Source: the human T2T-CHM13v2.0 reference genome, Homo sapiens. Taken from it: DNA of 64,000 nucleotides. Both the position numbers and the translations under genes were made by a program. Under the pieces are notes generated by a model. That model made no database searches. It was not told where the DNA came from and was given only the letters and a program-made list of their open reading frames with translations. Below are positions 44,941 to 58,399 of the stretch, in pieces (positions within the stretch are counted from its first letter, which is position 1; the number at the start of each line of letters is the position of its first letter). Location of the stretch: NCBI RefSeq assembly GCF_009914755.1, contig NC_060938.1, one strand, 5' to 3'.

Positions 44941-45145
44941 GAAAGTAGTGTGGTATAACTAAAAGACTGCAGATATTGTATCACATTGATCTGGTTTAAA
45001 TAATTATCTTGTTGCTTAATCTGACCTCAGATACCTAATGAACTAAAGGACACGTAGAGCTTTCATCAGGAAAATGGGCATGATAATATCTAGCTTCTAG
45101 AGACCTTGTTAAGATTAAGTGCCTAATGTAGCATAGGCTTCAAAG
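44941..45145 (+). mobile_element. MIR SINE (host of the L1MA and AluSp insertions)
   Basis: 'agtagtgtggtataac...atctggtttaaat...tttcatcaggaaaatggg...ataatatcta...ttgttaagattaagtg'. Confidence 0.55.
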
Positions 45146-45354
45146 ATTTATGTTTTTACCTGCATATTTACATTGTATATACATTGCATTATTTCTACTA
45201 AATTATAGGCTCTTTTGTGCAGTCTATTGCAAATTCATTTCTAATTCCTATACTACCATGTTATGGAAAACAAGAGTAATAGTCCATAAATGTTTGTCGA
45301 ATGAACGTGTAACGATATCGTCATTCATGTCCAATTTCATGTTCACTACTTTTT

Positions 45355-45603
45355 GAATCAAATTGAGTTTTCAAGGTTCTATCCACCACCATCCGTGATG
45401 TGGATAGTAAAACAAATTGAATGTAAAAATATAGGAAAATTAGGCAGAAGGCCTTATGTTACTTGGAAGTGAAACGAATCATATCAAATTTTCAAGACTC
45501 TATCCATGAATTATCTGTGATGTGGGTAGTAAAATAAATTGAATGTTAAACTATGAGAAAATTAGGAAAAGGGCCTGATATAACTTAGTAATAAAAATGG
45601 ATC
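45355..45603. repeat. Ancient two-copy tandem duplication, period ~121-123 bp
   Basis: Copies start at 45355 and 45476; shared blocks ttttcaag, tctatcca, gtgatgtgg, tagtaaaa, aaattgaatgt, gaaaattagg; ~75% identity by hand alignment. Confidence 0.9.
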
Positions 45604-47543
45604 CTTTTGTACATGAGTGTATAAATGATGTCTATATGCGAATCATGCTTGTTGTTTGCATTTTTAGTAGTGTTATTCTTAACCTCTCTACCAACATTTT
45701 ATTGGATTCTTGAAAGTCATTCTTTGCGCATTTACACTATTTCAAAACATCTGCTGCTTTGGGGTTCAAGCTGTGCATTAGGGTTCCGAGAATTCACAGA
45801 GAAATTTCAAAGCAGGTCTCCCATCTGAATAACTCGGTGGGAAATGCAGTAGAAGCCTGATCTTTTATAAGATTGCTTATGGCTGTCCTGAAATATTTGA
45901 AACCCAATTCCTTTTCAATTGCTTTGTGTTGCTATTTCTTTCCAAACTACATTTTTTTTTCTTTTTTTTTTTTTTTTTTGCTACATACATCTCTTCAGGG
46001 ACAATATAGTCCAGCTGAGTCAAGGGACCCAGTGTAGACAATTCAGGTCTCCTGATTTTAGGCTTAGATGCTTTCTTTCCAGCTCTGGGCCACCTATAGC
46101 AGTGGATTAAATTGTCTGAACATCTTTCAAACCACCACATCCATCTCCAACTCACATCTCGTCATGCCTGTAGCTAGGGACTGATACAGTCTCATCTCAT
46201 TCCCCTGCCCCTGATCCTCTTGTTTCCATCCAATCCACACATCCTCAGTGGGCCTGTTTAGGATGCTAGGTTGGCATTTGATCTTTTTCCTCTTCTCAAT
46301 TACAAGTATCCTGGTAAATCTCAACACCACTTTAGCTCCGCTCCTTGTCTTCAGTGCAAATCCGTTATCAATTTACAGCTGCCTTAGCTGACCTGGAAAT
46401 CCTCATCCCTTATTCCACCTGGCAAAAACCTTCCAAATTCACCCAGAGCATTCTGACCCTGTCATCTTGGTTCATCTTGAGTTCTGACAGCATGAACCAA
46501 AGAGCAATTAATAACTTATTTTAAATAACAGTCTTAATGGTGAATAGCATTGCTCAAATTAAAATGAATCTCATTTTAATACAGTGATTTAGAATAGGTT
46601 TATTTAGAATATTTTATGTGGCATTAGTAAGTGCTAAAAATTTGGAGAATTTCCTTCCTTCCATATAAAGGTTCTTCTTCTCAGTCTAATATAGACAGTG
46701 GGGCAATGCAAGGTGGTTTCAGAGAAAAGCAGAAAATAAACAAATACTGCTGACCAAATGAGGGAGCATGGGTCTTTAATTCTAGTCTTGGCCTTTTTAC
46801 TATGCAATTCTAACTTTGGGCAGTACCTAATGTTGAAAAGTTCTTGGCCATGGTAGGTGACATTCTGGTTTCTCTTTCCAACCAAATCCCTACTAAGATA
46901 TAAGAATTTTTAAGTGTGTTACTCCTTAATAATATTTGCATGTGAAAGCAGGTAACTGAATGTCAAGGAAACCTCAAAGACTCAAAATGAATCAATTTTG
47001 AAGATGGAATGTCCCAGCATTAGAGCTCTTCTGGTTATGTTGTGGACAGAAGTGAACTCTCATATGAAATGCAGAGGCTGCCTAGGCCTAGGGTGGTCAT
47101 GGGCTACTATGGGGCAGCACAAATCCCTCCGCCTAGTTTTTTTTTCTGTCTAGTTCATGCCTTTGCACAATATATGTGCTTAGTAAAGTTGATTAAATTA
47201 TTATTGACCACACCTGATTGACATACTCTATGCCTCTACCTAAATTCAGTCAAACAGATAACGGGCAAAAGATGAAAAAGGACACATAAAGTGTTCAGTT
47301 TTATGACCAGAAGCCAATCATTGCTACCTGGACTAGAGTTTCATCATCCGTTGAGCAAGAGTGGCAGACCAAATGTTCTCGACATCCTGTCTCAGCTAAA
47401 ATGACTCACTTCAAGGATCAGGTAATGCTACATAGTGTTGATTCTCCAACTCAAACTGAGGTTCACTTCCCCTAGCTAGCAGAAAGCTACACAAGTGCCA
47501 ATATACATGGAATACATATTTTTTTTCTATCCAGGAAGCATAC

Positions 47544-47881
<338 letters not shown>

Positions 47882-48887
47882 TGAACCTCTGGCAGGTGCT
47901 GCCTATCTCCACTTGTGTTCCTCAAAACCAGGAAGCAAAGGCTCTCTATTGAAATGCTAATAGAGGAGTCAACGGTATAATAAGAGTGAATCCCCTTTGG
48001 GTCTACATTTAATTTATACATAAAATAAAATTGCACATGGCCTTGTTTCATAGCATATTTGTTTAATTATCCACATTTTAGAATGCATTTTCCTTCTATT
48101 AATTCTCAATATTTAAAAGAGGAATAAAAATGTCAGTTTATCTGTACACCTGATAATTAAATATAGTGTGGGGAATAATTACATTATCTAATAGGGGAAA
48201 TTTGTCCAGCTCCAATAACTAACATTTAGCAAGGACTTTGCTAATTTTCTTCTCCTCTAAGGGTGGCTTTTGATTTTTCCTCTCCCTTTCTCTCTAAGAA
48301 AAGGGGACCAGGTTGAGGGAATCTCAAATGTCATTCCCCCTTTTCCACATTTATGAGCCTCGTCTTACCATGAGAAAGTGATCCAGCAACCTCTGCTAGG
48401 GGAACATCCAGGTTTCTAATTTCAGCTTTGATTCACATTATTTTTTTCAAATATTAAGCAGTTGTTTAAGAAACAATTTTTTAAAATAGCAACTCAATGA
48501 ATTTTTAGCCTTCTATTTTTAAATTTTCTTTATTCTTCTTTTGCTTTACCTGGGTGAGATATTTCACCATAATTCACGCCTATGTCACTTTTGAGTTAAC
48601 AATAATAATAATAATAAACAATAGCAACAACAAACAAAAACAGTGATTATTCCGTGCAAGGTACTGAATTATCTCCTTCTCCCAGGGGCTTGTCATTTAT
48701 TGATGATTTCAAGCCTGGACTTACCATCACTATCTTTTACTAAAAGTATTGATCATTCCCTCCTGCTGTTTTCACAGTCAAGATCTGGGGTTAAACCAAA
48801 ATGTTTATGCACTGGTCCCGGGAATGGAGGGAAAAAAAATATTTTTAAGTCAAAATAATCTAAAAGAAGGTTTAAAACTAGAAGAAA

Positions 48888-49190
48888 AGCCAGGTGTGGT
48901 GGCTCACACCTGTAATCCCAGCACTTTGGGAGGCTGAGGCAGGCAGATCACCCGAGGTCAGGAGTTTGAGACCACTCTGGCCAACATGGTGATACCCCAT
49001 CTCTAGTAAAAATACAAAAATTAGCCAGGTGTGGTGGTGCACGCCTGTAGTTCCAGCTACTCAGGAGGCTGATGCAGGAGAATCACTTGAACTCAGGAGG
49101 CAGAGGTTGCAGTGAGCCAAGATCACACCACTGCACTCCAGCCTGGGTGACAGGGCAAGACTCAATTTCAAAAAAAAAAAAAAAAAAAAA
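48888..49190 (+). mobile_element. AluSx-like
   Basis: Full dimer plus A tail; TSD aaaactagaagaa / aaagctagaagaa. Confidence 0.93.
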
Positions 49191-50339
49191 AAAGCTAGAA
49201 GAAGAGAAGAGAAATATTTGCTAAATTTACTACTCTATTTTTTAGATACTGGAGTTTTAAAAATGTTTACATGGATGGGTGAGTACACACAGACACACAC
49301 ACACAGGCATTCTTCTCCTCTCATTTCCTGGGGACTGGTGAGTTAAATCTGTACTGTTGTGAGCCATTCCTTATTATTGTTATATTCTGAAATATTAATA
49401 GCCCCTTATATTTAGACAGTGCTTTTGCAGTTCTTTCTTTTCAATTACGCAGACGTCACAGGAAGTGGCCTTCTGGGCAAACACTATATGTACTAAGTGA
49501 TTTTTTTTTAGGAAGCAGGTAGATTTTAAAGTCTTCTTAGAGAGGGCCCCTTCTGAAAGATGGAGAAACTGAGTCATGAAGTTTAGATAGATGATAAAAG
49601 TCCTCTTATCCTTTGTTCTTGTCATAGTACTTGTTATGAACATTTAGATTTATAAATTAGTTTATAAATTTTTTTATATGTAGCTAATTTTGTTTTGGCA
49701 GAAATTCTATAAAGTAGGAACTGTTCTCCTTATTTTAAAGATTATGAAGTGTATTTAGAAGTTGAGCTAATTTTAAATATTTTCCATTCAAAGATGACGA
49801 GAGCCAGGAGCAGAGAGAGCCCCAGCCTAGTGGCCTTGTTGCTATCACTCCACAACATCTCTATTCCAATGTCACCAGGTGTGGCACGTCTTCATTTTCC
49901 CATTTTGTCTTTTGGGTGAATAATATCAAATAGAGTTTGTTACTCTAAATGAGACAAGAAATACCAAGTGCTGAACTGAAATGCCAGCTGTATCAGTTCT
50001 GTTGGAACTGGGGGACAGTCAGATGATGGTTTAAAGTGTCAAAGGAAAAAAGTGATGTCCACCTTGGGAGTCACCTCCAGTCAAACCCATGGACAGGGTC
50101 CTGTGGCCTCCAGGCAGGTACTGAGAGGCTCCGCCCACCAACCGGGTGCAGCCCCGCCCCCTGTGTTGTTCTGCAGCCTGGAAACCAGGGATGCTTTGTT
50201 CTCTGTCCATGATGCCCCTAAGGCCCCTCATGCCAAGGATCCCTGTAGTACAACCTCAGTGGGAGAAGAAGAAAGAGGACCAAGGAGAAATGATTGTAAG
50301 AGGGAAAGGGTCCAAGCTAATAGAAGGGATTACAACAGG

Positions 50340-50830
50340 ATTTAGTTTTCTCTTTTAACAGGAATTTTCTCATCTGACAAGACATCTGGATGTAGGCAGG
50401 TCCAGGGCTCATTCAGCTGCTTATCAAGGTCACTGAGGACTTCATTGTTCTCTGGTAGGCTGTATGCACCGTGTAGACGTGATGGTCCCTCATGCTGTCA
50501 AGGAGGCTGCAGTTGTTCCTTGTATCACATCCTCTTACAATGTGCAAAAGTAGCAAGAGACAGGTTCACTCTCTCTGTCTTTCTCTCTCTGTCTTTCTCT
50601 CTCTCTCTCTAATGCCTCTCTCCTTTTATGTGGAAAGAAAATCTCCCTAGGGAGTTTTTCCACTGGACTCTGCTTACTCATCACTGCCCAGAGGGAGACA
50701 CATAGCTACCCCCAACTACAAGGGAATGTGAGATAACAAGAGTCTGACATTTCCATCTTATTTCATGAAAGGCAGTCTTTGTCAGGATGTCAGAATCAGG
50801 AGGGGAATGGACCTGGGGCAGGCCTCCGGG
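50340..50830 (-). mobile_element. Old MaLR LTR, MLT1K/L-like
   Basis: 'gtaggcaggtccagggct...tcaaggtcactgaggac...ctcatgctgtcaaggaggctgcag...tatcacatcctc...actacaagggaatgtgag'. Confidence 0.6.
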
Positions 50831-52181
50831 AGTATCTGCTATGGTGGTCTAATCAGACTACCTCATCTCTAGGTCCCAGTGGAGAGCATTTGACCTCAGC
50901 CAAGTCAATCAGTGCCCTGACCTGGGGTTTCTTAATTAAAAATGGGCAAAAAAATAATAATTAAAAATGCTTTATGCTAATAGAGTTGAAAAAGCTGCAA
51001 ACCTAAAGCTGCCAGCCTCCAAAGTTCCAGACTTTTGGAGAAATCCAGTTTGATAAAATCGAAGCTGAAACACAGAGAGAGGTGGCATGAGAGATGGGCA
51101 GGGATTTTCCCATCTGACTCTGGGATCCAGGCTGTTGTGGTCTCTGCTCTTTGTGTTTGGTTATGCAAGCCAAGGAATTCCCCTTTTAGCTGAGGAATCA
51201 TTTATAACACAAAGATAGGCATTATCACAACCCCCATGTTTTAGTTGAAGAGGAGAAGTATGTGATTTGCCCATGTCTGCAACCCTGGTAAGTAGCAGAC
51301 CCATGACACAAACATAACCCTCCTACATGTAAAACCCCATGTTTTTTGCATAGCATTGCTCAGGAGTGCAGATAAAAGGTAATAATAAACGGGAGAGAAG
51401 ATTTTAATGGTAGTCAGGAGATACAAATTCTAGACTGCCTCCCAGCACTCACTGGCCATAGAATTCATGCAAATCAACGTTCCCCTCTCCCCACCCACTT
51501 TTGGTGTTCTCAGTCTTAAATGGAGGTTAAATGTTTCAACTTGAAATCGCAGAAGTAGAAATGGCAGTCAGGCATGGGGTGATACTCATGTGGTATCCAT
51601 TTTTTTGTTTGTGCAATTGTTTATCTCATGGCTGTATTTGACACAATCATTATAATCATTCATATTTTCCTTCTCCAACTATGTTAACCCTCCGGTGGTT
51701 TATTTTTCATTGGGGTGCCAAAACTTCTTTTATTTATTTAATTCATTTATTCACCTAGAAAGGCAATTTTTACCAGCTGCCTGGCAGGTTCTTCTAAACC
51801 CAAACTCAAACTCCACCCCTTTGTATTTTTGTGGATTGCTCTTTCTGTGAATACAGGTGGGGCAATTAAACCCTGAACTTAGCATTTGGTATTTGGTTAT
51901 TTACTGTGTTTGCTAATGGTTTCCCTAGTTAATTAATATAAGCTTATCATATTAGAGATTTCAACTTTCCTGAAGGAAACTAAGAACTTCTATCATGACC
52001 TCAAGCCTCTATAGAAATCCCAGATTTGTTTTAGGTTACACCAAGACAAATCAATACCAAATCAATCGTTCAGAGTCAAATAGCATTTTACTGAATTTAC
52101 AGAATTTTATAGAATTCAAGTATTCCTTAAAATTCGCTGGAGACAGTCATCACCTTTCTCATTAAAAAAAAAAAAAAAATA

Positions 52182-52358
<177 letters not shown>

Positions 52359-52496
52359 TAATTTAGTTCAGAAATATTAAATGGCTCACCCAAAATCCCA
52401 TAGTTAGTGGTGGGACTTGTTGGGTAGGTAAATAGGTGACAGAGTCCTGACAGTGAAGACTGGAAAATTAAAAAGGGGTGCAAAAAGCTAACTGAT

Positions 52497-52617
52497 TTTC
52501 TTCCTCCCTCCTTTCCTCCCTCCCTCCCTCTCTCCCTCCCTCCTTGCCTGCCTCCCTCCCTCCCTCCTTCCTTTCTTCCTTCCTTCCTTCCTTTCTTTCT
52601 TTCTCTTTCTTTCTTTC

Positions 52618-52657
<40 letters not shown>

Positions 52658-52682
52658 TTTCCTTCTTTCTTCTCTTTCTTTC
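52497..52682. repeat. Compound polypyrimidine STR (CCCT)n/(CCTT)n/(CTTT)n
   Basis: Directly visible. Confidence 0.95.
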
Positions 52683-52849
52683 ATATGTGACAGGCATTAA
52701 TTTAGGAATAACACCATAGCATTTCATCAATTTTCATTTTACAGATGAAAATCTGTAGATCAATAATCTCAGGTCCTCAGCAGAGCATGGTTTTAAACAC
52801 TAGTTTTGCACCCTTGTCTGTCAGACAAAAAAAAAGCGTATTCTCTCTC

Positions 52850-53169
52850 TTTTTTTTTGGTATTTTGTTTTGTTTTGTTTTGTTTTGTTTCATTGGAGAC
52901 AGAGCCTTCAGACTAGAGTGCAGTGGCTTGATCTCAGCTCATTGAAACCTCCACATCCCAGGTTCAAGCAATTCTTGTGCCTCCAGCCTCCCAAGTAGCT
53001 GGGACTACAGGCATGTGCCACCACGCTCAGCTAATTTTTTGTGTTTTAGTAGAGACAGAGTTTCACCATGTTGCCCAGGCTGGTTTCAAACTCCTGAGAC
53101 CAGGCAATCTGCTTGTCTCGGCCTCCCAAAGTGCTGGGATTACAGACATGAGCCACCCCGTGCCCGGCC
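52850..53169 (-). mobile_element. Older Alu (J/Sz-like) with a (TTTTG)n tail and a small 3' deletion
   Basis: Reversed dimer ending 'gtgcccggcc'. Confidence 0.9.
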
Positions 53170-54469
53170 CATTATGCCCTTTATTTCTAAAGAAAAGATG
53201 AATGAATTCACTCACCTATCCATCTTCTCATCATCTCACTGCTACTAGGCTCTGAGTGGACCCTCATGATACATATGTGACCCAGTCAGGCTTCCTCTTG
53301 CTTCACTGAATTTCACATTCTGCTGGGGAAGATCCTCTTGAGGCAGACCACCTACTGTAGGCGACTCTCCTGTCCACTGAGAAGCCAGAAGCCAGGGGAC
53401 AGTGCTAGGCCTCTAAGATCCAGCAGTGATTTCACTAAGAGTGTGAGCCCTTCCTAGAGAGACTGGTTGGTTGCTCTAGTATTGCTCAATACCATCCTTT
53501 GTTCAAATCCCATCGTGAGGAAGCATGGCTGTGAGCAAGCGTTGAATTCCCCTACAGTTGTCTAAAGCTAACATTCAAGTCCATATTCCAAGCCATCATC
53601 AAGAACTATGGCTTGCCACTGTCAAGCCATATTACCTTGGAAGATTTGCAAGTTTTCTTTGAGCCACAGGCTCTGTTTCCAATGGCACACTTTAAAGAGA
53701 AAGGTGACGCTTTGGGACTAAGGAATTAAGTGTTTTCTTCCTAGCCCTGGGGAAAGGAGGTCAGGGTGTATCCATCAGAAACTCATGGACGGTGCTTGTC
53801 TGGAAACAAAGAGAGGCAGCTGGGACTCCCTGTTTGAAGTTGGATAGAGGCCCGGTTTTGAGGGAGAGGCATTTGGAGAAAGTCTTTGGAGAAACCATAT
53901 TCACGGCTGTTTTGTTGTGTGACTAATGGGGTTTGCCAATTTCACTCTCCAATGTGTAACTACCTCCACTAGACTGCCTTCAACAAATTAAAATTAAAGA
54001 GTAAACCCTTAAATACCTACTTCCAGTTGATTTGGCCTCAGCAACGTACCAGTGAAAATTGTATTTTAATTTTTGACTTTTGTTAAGAATAAATAGTCAG
54101 AGATGTTTTACCCCTTTAGGCTTCTCCATTAAAAGTCCATCTAAATGCAATCAGCTTTATTAGCTAACATGAAAATTAATTTTTTTCCCAAGGTGAGTTA
54201 TCATTGTATAATTCCATTGGTTAGCATTCGCCTTAAATTCAAAGCTTCTCTTGAAAGGTTTAGCTTAGCAATACTATCTCAACAATTCTTAGGCTGGTTC
54301 TGAATTCTAATCTTGTCACTGCCACTGCTTTGTTGTATTTTCCCTAATCAAGTGTGTTCTACCATAGGATTTCATGCATTCCTAGTAATTCCTTCATTCA
54401 TTCACAAATTTGCTTTTCCATTTATTTGTTTTGCAGGCATTTACTTAATCTCTCCTATGTGACTGACTC

Positions 54470-54601
54470 AGCTGAGACTACAGGTGCACACTACCACACC
54501 AGGAAACCTTTTTCTTTTATTTTTTTAGATGTGGCCTTGCTATGTTGTGTAGGCTGCTCTTGAACTCCTGGCCTCAAGTAATCCTCCCACCTCAGCTTCC
54601 T
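54470..54601 (-). mobile_element. Internal AluJ fragment (monomer junction only)
   Basis: 'gctgagactacaggtgcacactaccacacc...ttgctatgttg...aactcctggcctcaagtaatcctcccacctcagc'. Confidence 0.75.
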
Positions 54602-55329
54602 GTCAAGTTTCACTATTAAAGGTCATTTTTTCCATTAGAACCAATGCTTCATGAGGTTCCTATGAGATCGCATATCTGTAGTGTAACTGACAAGACCCTC
54701 ATCTGCAAAAAGATGTCTTGTTTATAGAGGGCCTTTTTCTATTCTTATCACTTCTGAGCTGCAGAAGGTCTCCTAAAGATCAATAGATGAATATGCAACC
54801 AATTAGGACTTTAAGGCATTTTACCTGATCTTAGACAATTCCTTTTTTTTTTTTTTTTTAGAATTGAAGAAACTGAGGTCCATAGCAGGAAAGAAAAGTG
54901 ACCTACCTAAGATCAGGGCCAGAGCTAGGACCAAAGCCCATGCTCTTAACTCCCAGTCCTCTCCCCACTTTCCCACCTGTCCAAGCTTGCCCAGGCACCT
55001 ACCAGTCAGTGCTCTTCCTCGTGCAATTCACTAAGCCTCCATTTTCTTCCCTGATTGCTTTTTTAAAATCCATCCAATTCCAAGATGTCTAAAATAGTTC
55101 CATCTAGCTTCATCTGGGTTTAGCTCAGAATGTTTATATAATCTTTTTCCTGGTCATAGAATCCCAATAAGTTATTGTTACACCCAAGAGGGCAAAGGCC
55201 AACCAGACACAGCAACCTAAAATTCTTCCCCCATAGGCTTTGTAGGAAGATGGGAAAGTAGTTGTGCACATAGCTGGTCCCAGCCTGACTTGATTCAGTT
55301 CAGCCACCCACGACCACCCCCTCAATAAA

Positions 55330-55367
55330 AGAAGAAAGAGAAAGAGATAGAAAGAGAGAGAGAGAAA

Positions 55368-55458
<91 letters not shown>

Positions 55459-55566
55459 AGGAAGGAAGGAAGGCGGGGAAGGGAGGGGAGGGAGCGAGGG
55501 AGGGAGGGAGGAAGGAAGGAAGGAAGGAAAGGAAGGAAAAGGAAAGGAAAGGGAAAAAGAGGAGAG
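55330..55566. repeat. Compound polypurine STR including perfect (GAAA)19 at 55371-55446, then (GGAA)/(GGGA)
   Basis: Directly visible. Confidence 0.95.
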
Positions 55567-56189
55567 AATGCGAAAGTGTTCTTGTAGCAGGATCTGGCCA
55601 CAGGTCACCCAGCCCTACCTTTTCCTCATGAAGCTATGCTTTAATAGGGGCTGTACATTTACAGATGGATGGGCAGTCTGGTCCCTGCGCCTCGCATGCT
55701 GATGCTGAGTGTTCTGGGAGTGGCCGGTGCTCCACCTCTGAGAGCAGCTTGACTCCTCCGGATCCCCCACTCAAGCCCAGGAGGAGACATGGAGAGTACT
55801 CTGGGCTGTGATCTCTTGGTTTTCAATTGCAGGATTCCTGTCGAGGTCTCAGCACTGGGGCATTTCTCCAAAGCCTTACGTACTTACAAGTCTTTCTTCC
55901 CCTCTTAATTTGCCTGGAGCCAGGCTTTCATCTCGACTCTTAGCCAAGAGGCACCTGCTGAAATATTCATCAGCAGAAATTGTGCTATGGGTGCTCTTTC
56001 CTATTTGTCCAGTTCTATGTCATTAGAATAAGGGCGAGGTGAATGGAAATGGAGTTTGACACCAGAGAGTAAAATTCACTCAGAACTCCAGGTAAGCGGC
56101 AATTAACCCTTTTCTGCATAGGAGGCTAAGTACTTAGAACAGACCTTTGCAGCCATTCATGCACTTGTTCTTGGATCAGCAATTCCTGA

Positions 56190-56960
56190 CATCTATTCAT
56201 TCTTTCAGTACACTTTATTGAGCCCCTACTGTGTGTGAGACCCAGTGCTCGACCCTGGGCATAGCCAGATGCATATAATTGTGTCCCTGCTCACCAAACC
56301 TCATAGTCCGAAGAGAGAAAACAGAGAAACATACAGATAACTGTAACATAGGGCAAGTGTAGTTATGAAGTTAGGTATAGGAGAGCATAGAGCACAGCTC
56401 AGATTTAGAGAAGGAAAGGGTGATAAACACAATTTTCTGAAAGCAAAGAACCCTAAGCCAATTCTTTAAGGCTATATATATTTTTCAATTAGAGGGAAAC
56501 TGAGTGGCAGGGTGGAATTTTGTAGAGGGTGCCAAGAAGAGGAAATGGACCTCCAGACAGAGTCAACAGCAACAGCAATGGCAGAGATGCAAAGAGAAAT
56601 GACATTATGCATGTAACTCTGAGCAATCCTGGGATACTGGAGAAGAAAATGTTATTAAAGGTGTGAGATCTGGCAAGGAAGTGGCCAAAGTCAGATCAGG
56701 GGTCTTGTCTGTATGTCAGGGAGCTTGGTCTTAGTTTTTCCTGTCTTAGAGGAGCAGAGCATATAGTTGAAGAGTTCAAGCTGTAGGAGGGTTAGGATAT
56801 GTTTTGGACATATTACTCAAGCTTTGGTGGAGTGATAAATTGTTAACAGAAAACAAGTTAGGAGGCTGTTAAAATAGGCAGAAGATAACAAGGGTGTGAG
56901 TTGGGGTAGTGGGAATGGACTGGAGGACAGAGATTCAAGAACACTAGACAGGACTTTCTC
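56190..56960 (-). mobile_element. L2 LINE 3' region
   Basis: 'attcattctttcagtacactttattgagcccctactgtgtgtgag...gtccctgctc', 'ccagacagagtcaacagc', 'agttaggaggctgttaaaatagg'. Confidence 0.75.
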
Positions 56961-58399
56961 ATTTTTGTGCAAGAATCATTTACTGAACAACTTTTATTAG
57001 TCAGTTTTTACTCTAGATAATAGTGGGAAATACCAAAATCAGTGTCAGAGTCTATTTTCCTTTACACAATTTGAACTCAAATTAAAGGAGTTCTATTAAT
57101 ATTTAACCAAAGGCAAGGGGGGGGGTGGGGAGCAGAGAAGGGGTCCTTGTGAGTTTCATAGAGCGGGCTTCATGTTTCTAAAACAGGATGCAGTCTGCAC
57201 CCAGCCCTCATATGACATTTGTGGTTTGGTTTGGGCTGGTAAGGATTGCACCGGCTTTTCAAATCTCTGGTGATGAAGGCTTGACTGAATCAACTCAGAC
57301 CACAGCAAAGGCTCTGCACATCCCAGGCAGAGCTGGTTGTCTCTTTTCATATTCCTAGCCCCACAGAAGAATGCCAGCTATCAGCCCAGGCAGCAACTTA
57401 ACAAAGCAAAACCCTGGTTGCTATCAACTCCACAATGTTGGTATTTATAAAGGAGGATTTTTTTTTAACTTTTTGTCTCTAACATAGAATTATATAGGGC
57501 CCTATTGCCAGTGCGCCCCATAGGCAGTCCCAATTTTTGTGTCTGTGCCCATGTTGACATAAAAGCGCATCTGAATTTTACTTGGAGTTAAAACACTGTG
57601 AGTGCTCCTGGCTGAATGCAGTGGGACCGCGATATTGTACTGTGAAAACAAGAGCTTGAAAATTACTTCTGCAAAATTGAACTCTCTCCCTCTATGTATA
57701 TGTATATGTGTGTGTATGTATATGCATATATAGGTATATGATAGCTGCATACACAATGATAACTGAGAAGAGAAAGTAAATCATTTGCATTTTGAGGCAA
57801 GTTTTTCTTCTATTGCTGTTATTAATTCACAGTGTTCAAATCTCTATGACCCAGTTTCCTCATCTGTAAAATGAGGATAATTATATTTATGAATAAAACA
57901 CTAGGAGGTCTTTGGATGAAAGGGAATTCATGATTGGGAGAAAGCAATTTTATGACAAACTACAAAAACTGCATTCGCTGGGCACCCAGGCACTTGTTCT
58001 TCCTGGAGCCAGACTGTTTCACTGGAAGCTGATGGATAAAAAATATTGATATACACGCTAAAGCTCTACTGAAATGCAAATGGAAGTCACTGTAGAATGA
58101 TAGATTTTAAGATATGTTGACACGGCTGTTTGCTTGTGGAATTCTTACCAGCCCAATCCCAACCAGAAATCTCATAATATACCATGGTTGGTTGAAATAC
58201 TGTTCCTGAACTGTGCCACTTTACTTTCTGACTGTCTGGTCATGATTGGTGGTGTCAAACCAGATATGTGTCCATCCTGCTGCTTCTCCTCAAGGCAGAA
58301 GCTACAGTTTTTTAATAAAAAGCTTCTGTGACCAGGGTTCTGGGGCTTCCAGGATTGCCTACAGTCTTCTTACTGTGTCTTCAGTATTCAAGCCCTTTG

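Noticed and set aside
45511-45583. Possible C/D-box snoRNA (GTGATGT ... CTGA) in copy 2 of the tandem duplication
   Set aside because: The C box is imperfect, the terminal stem is weak, the D box is absent in copy 1 (cctta), and I recognise no rRNA/snRNA guide.
55833-56091. Possible plus-strand exon (ttttcaattgcag| ... ctccag|gtaagc)
   Set aside because: Such splice-like signals occur by chance in 64 kb; no through-reading frame was identified and there is no transcript evidence in the sequence alone.
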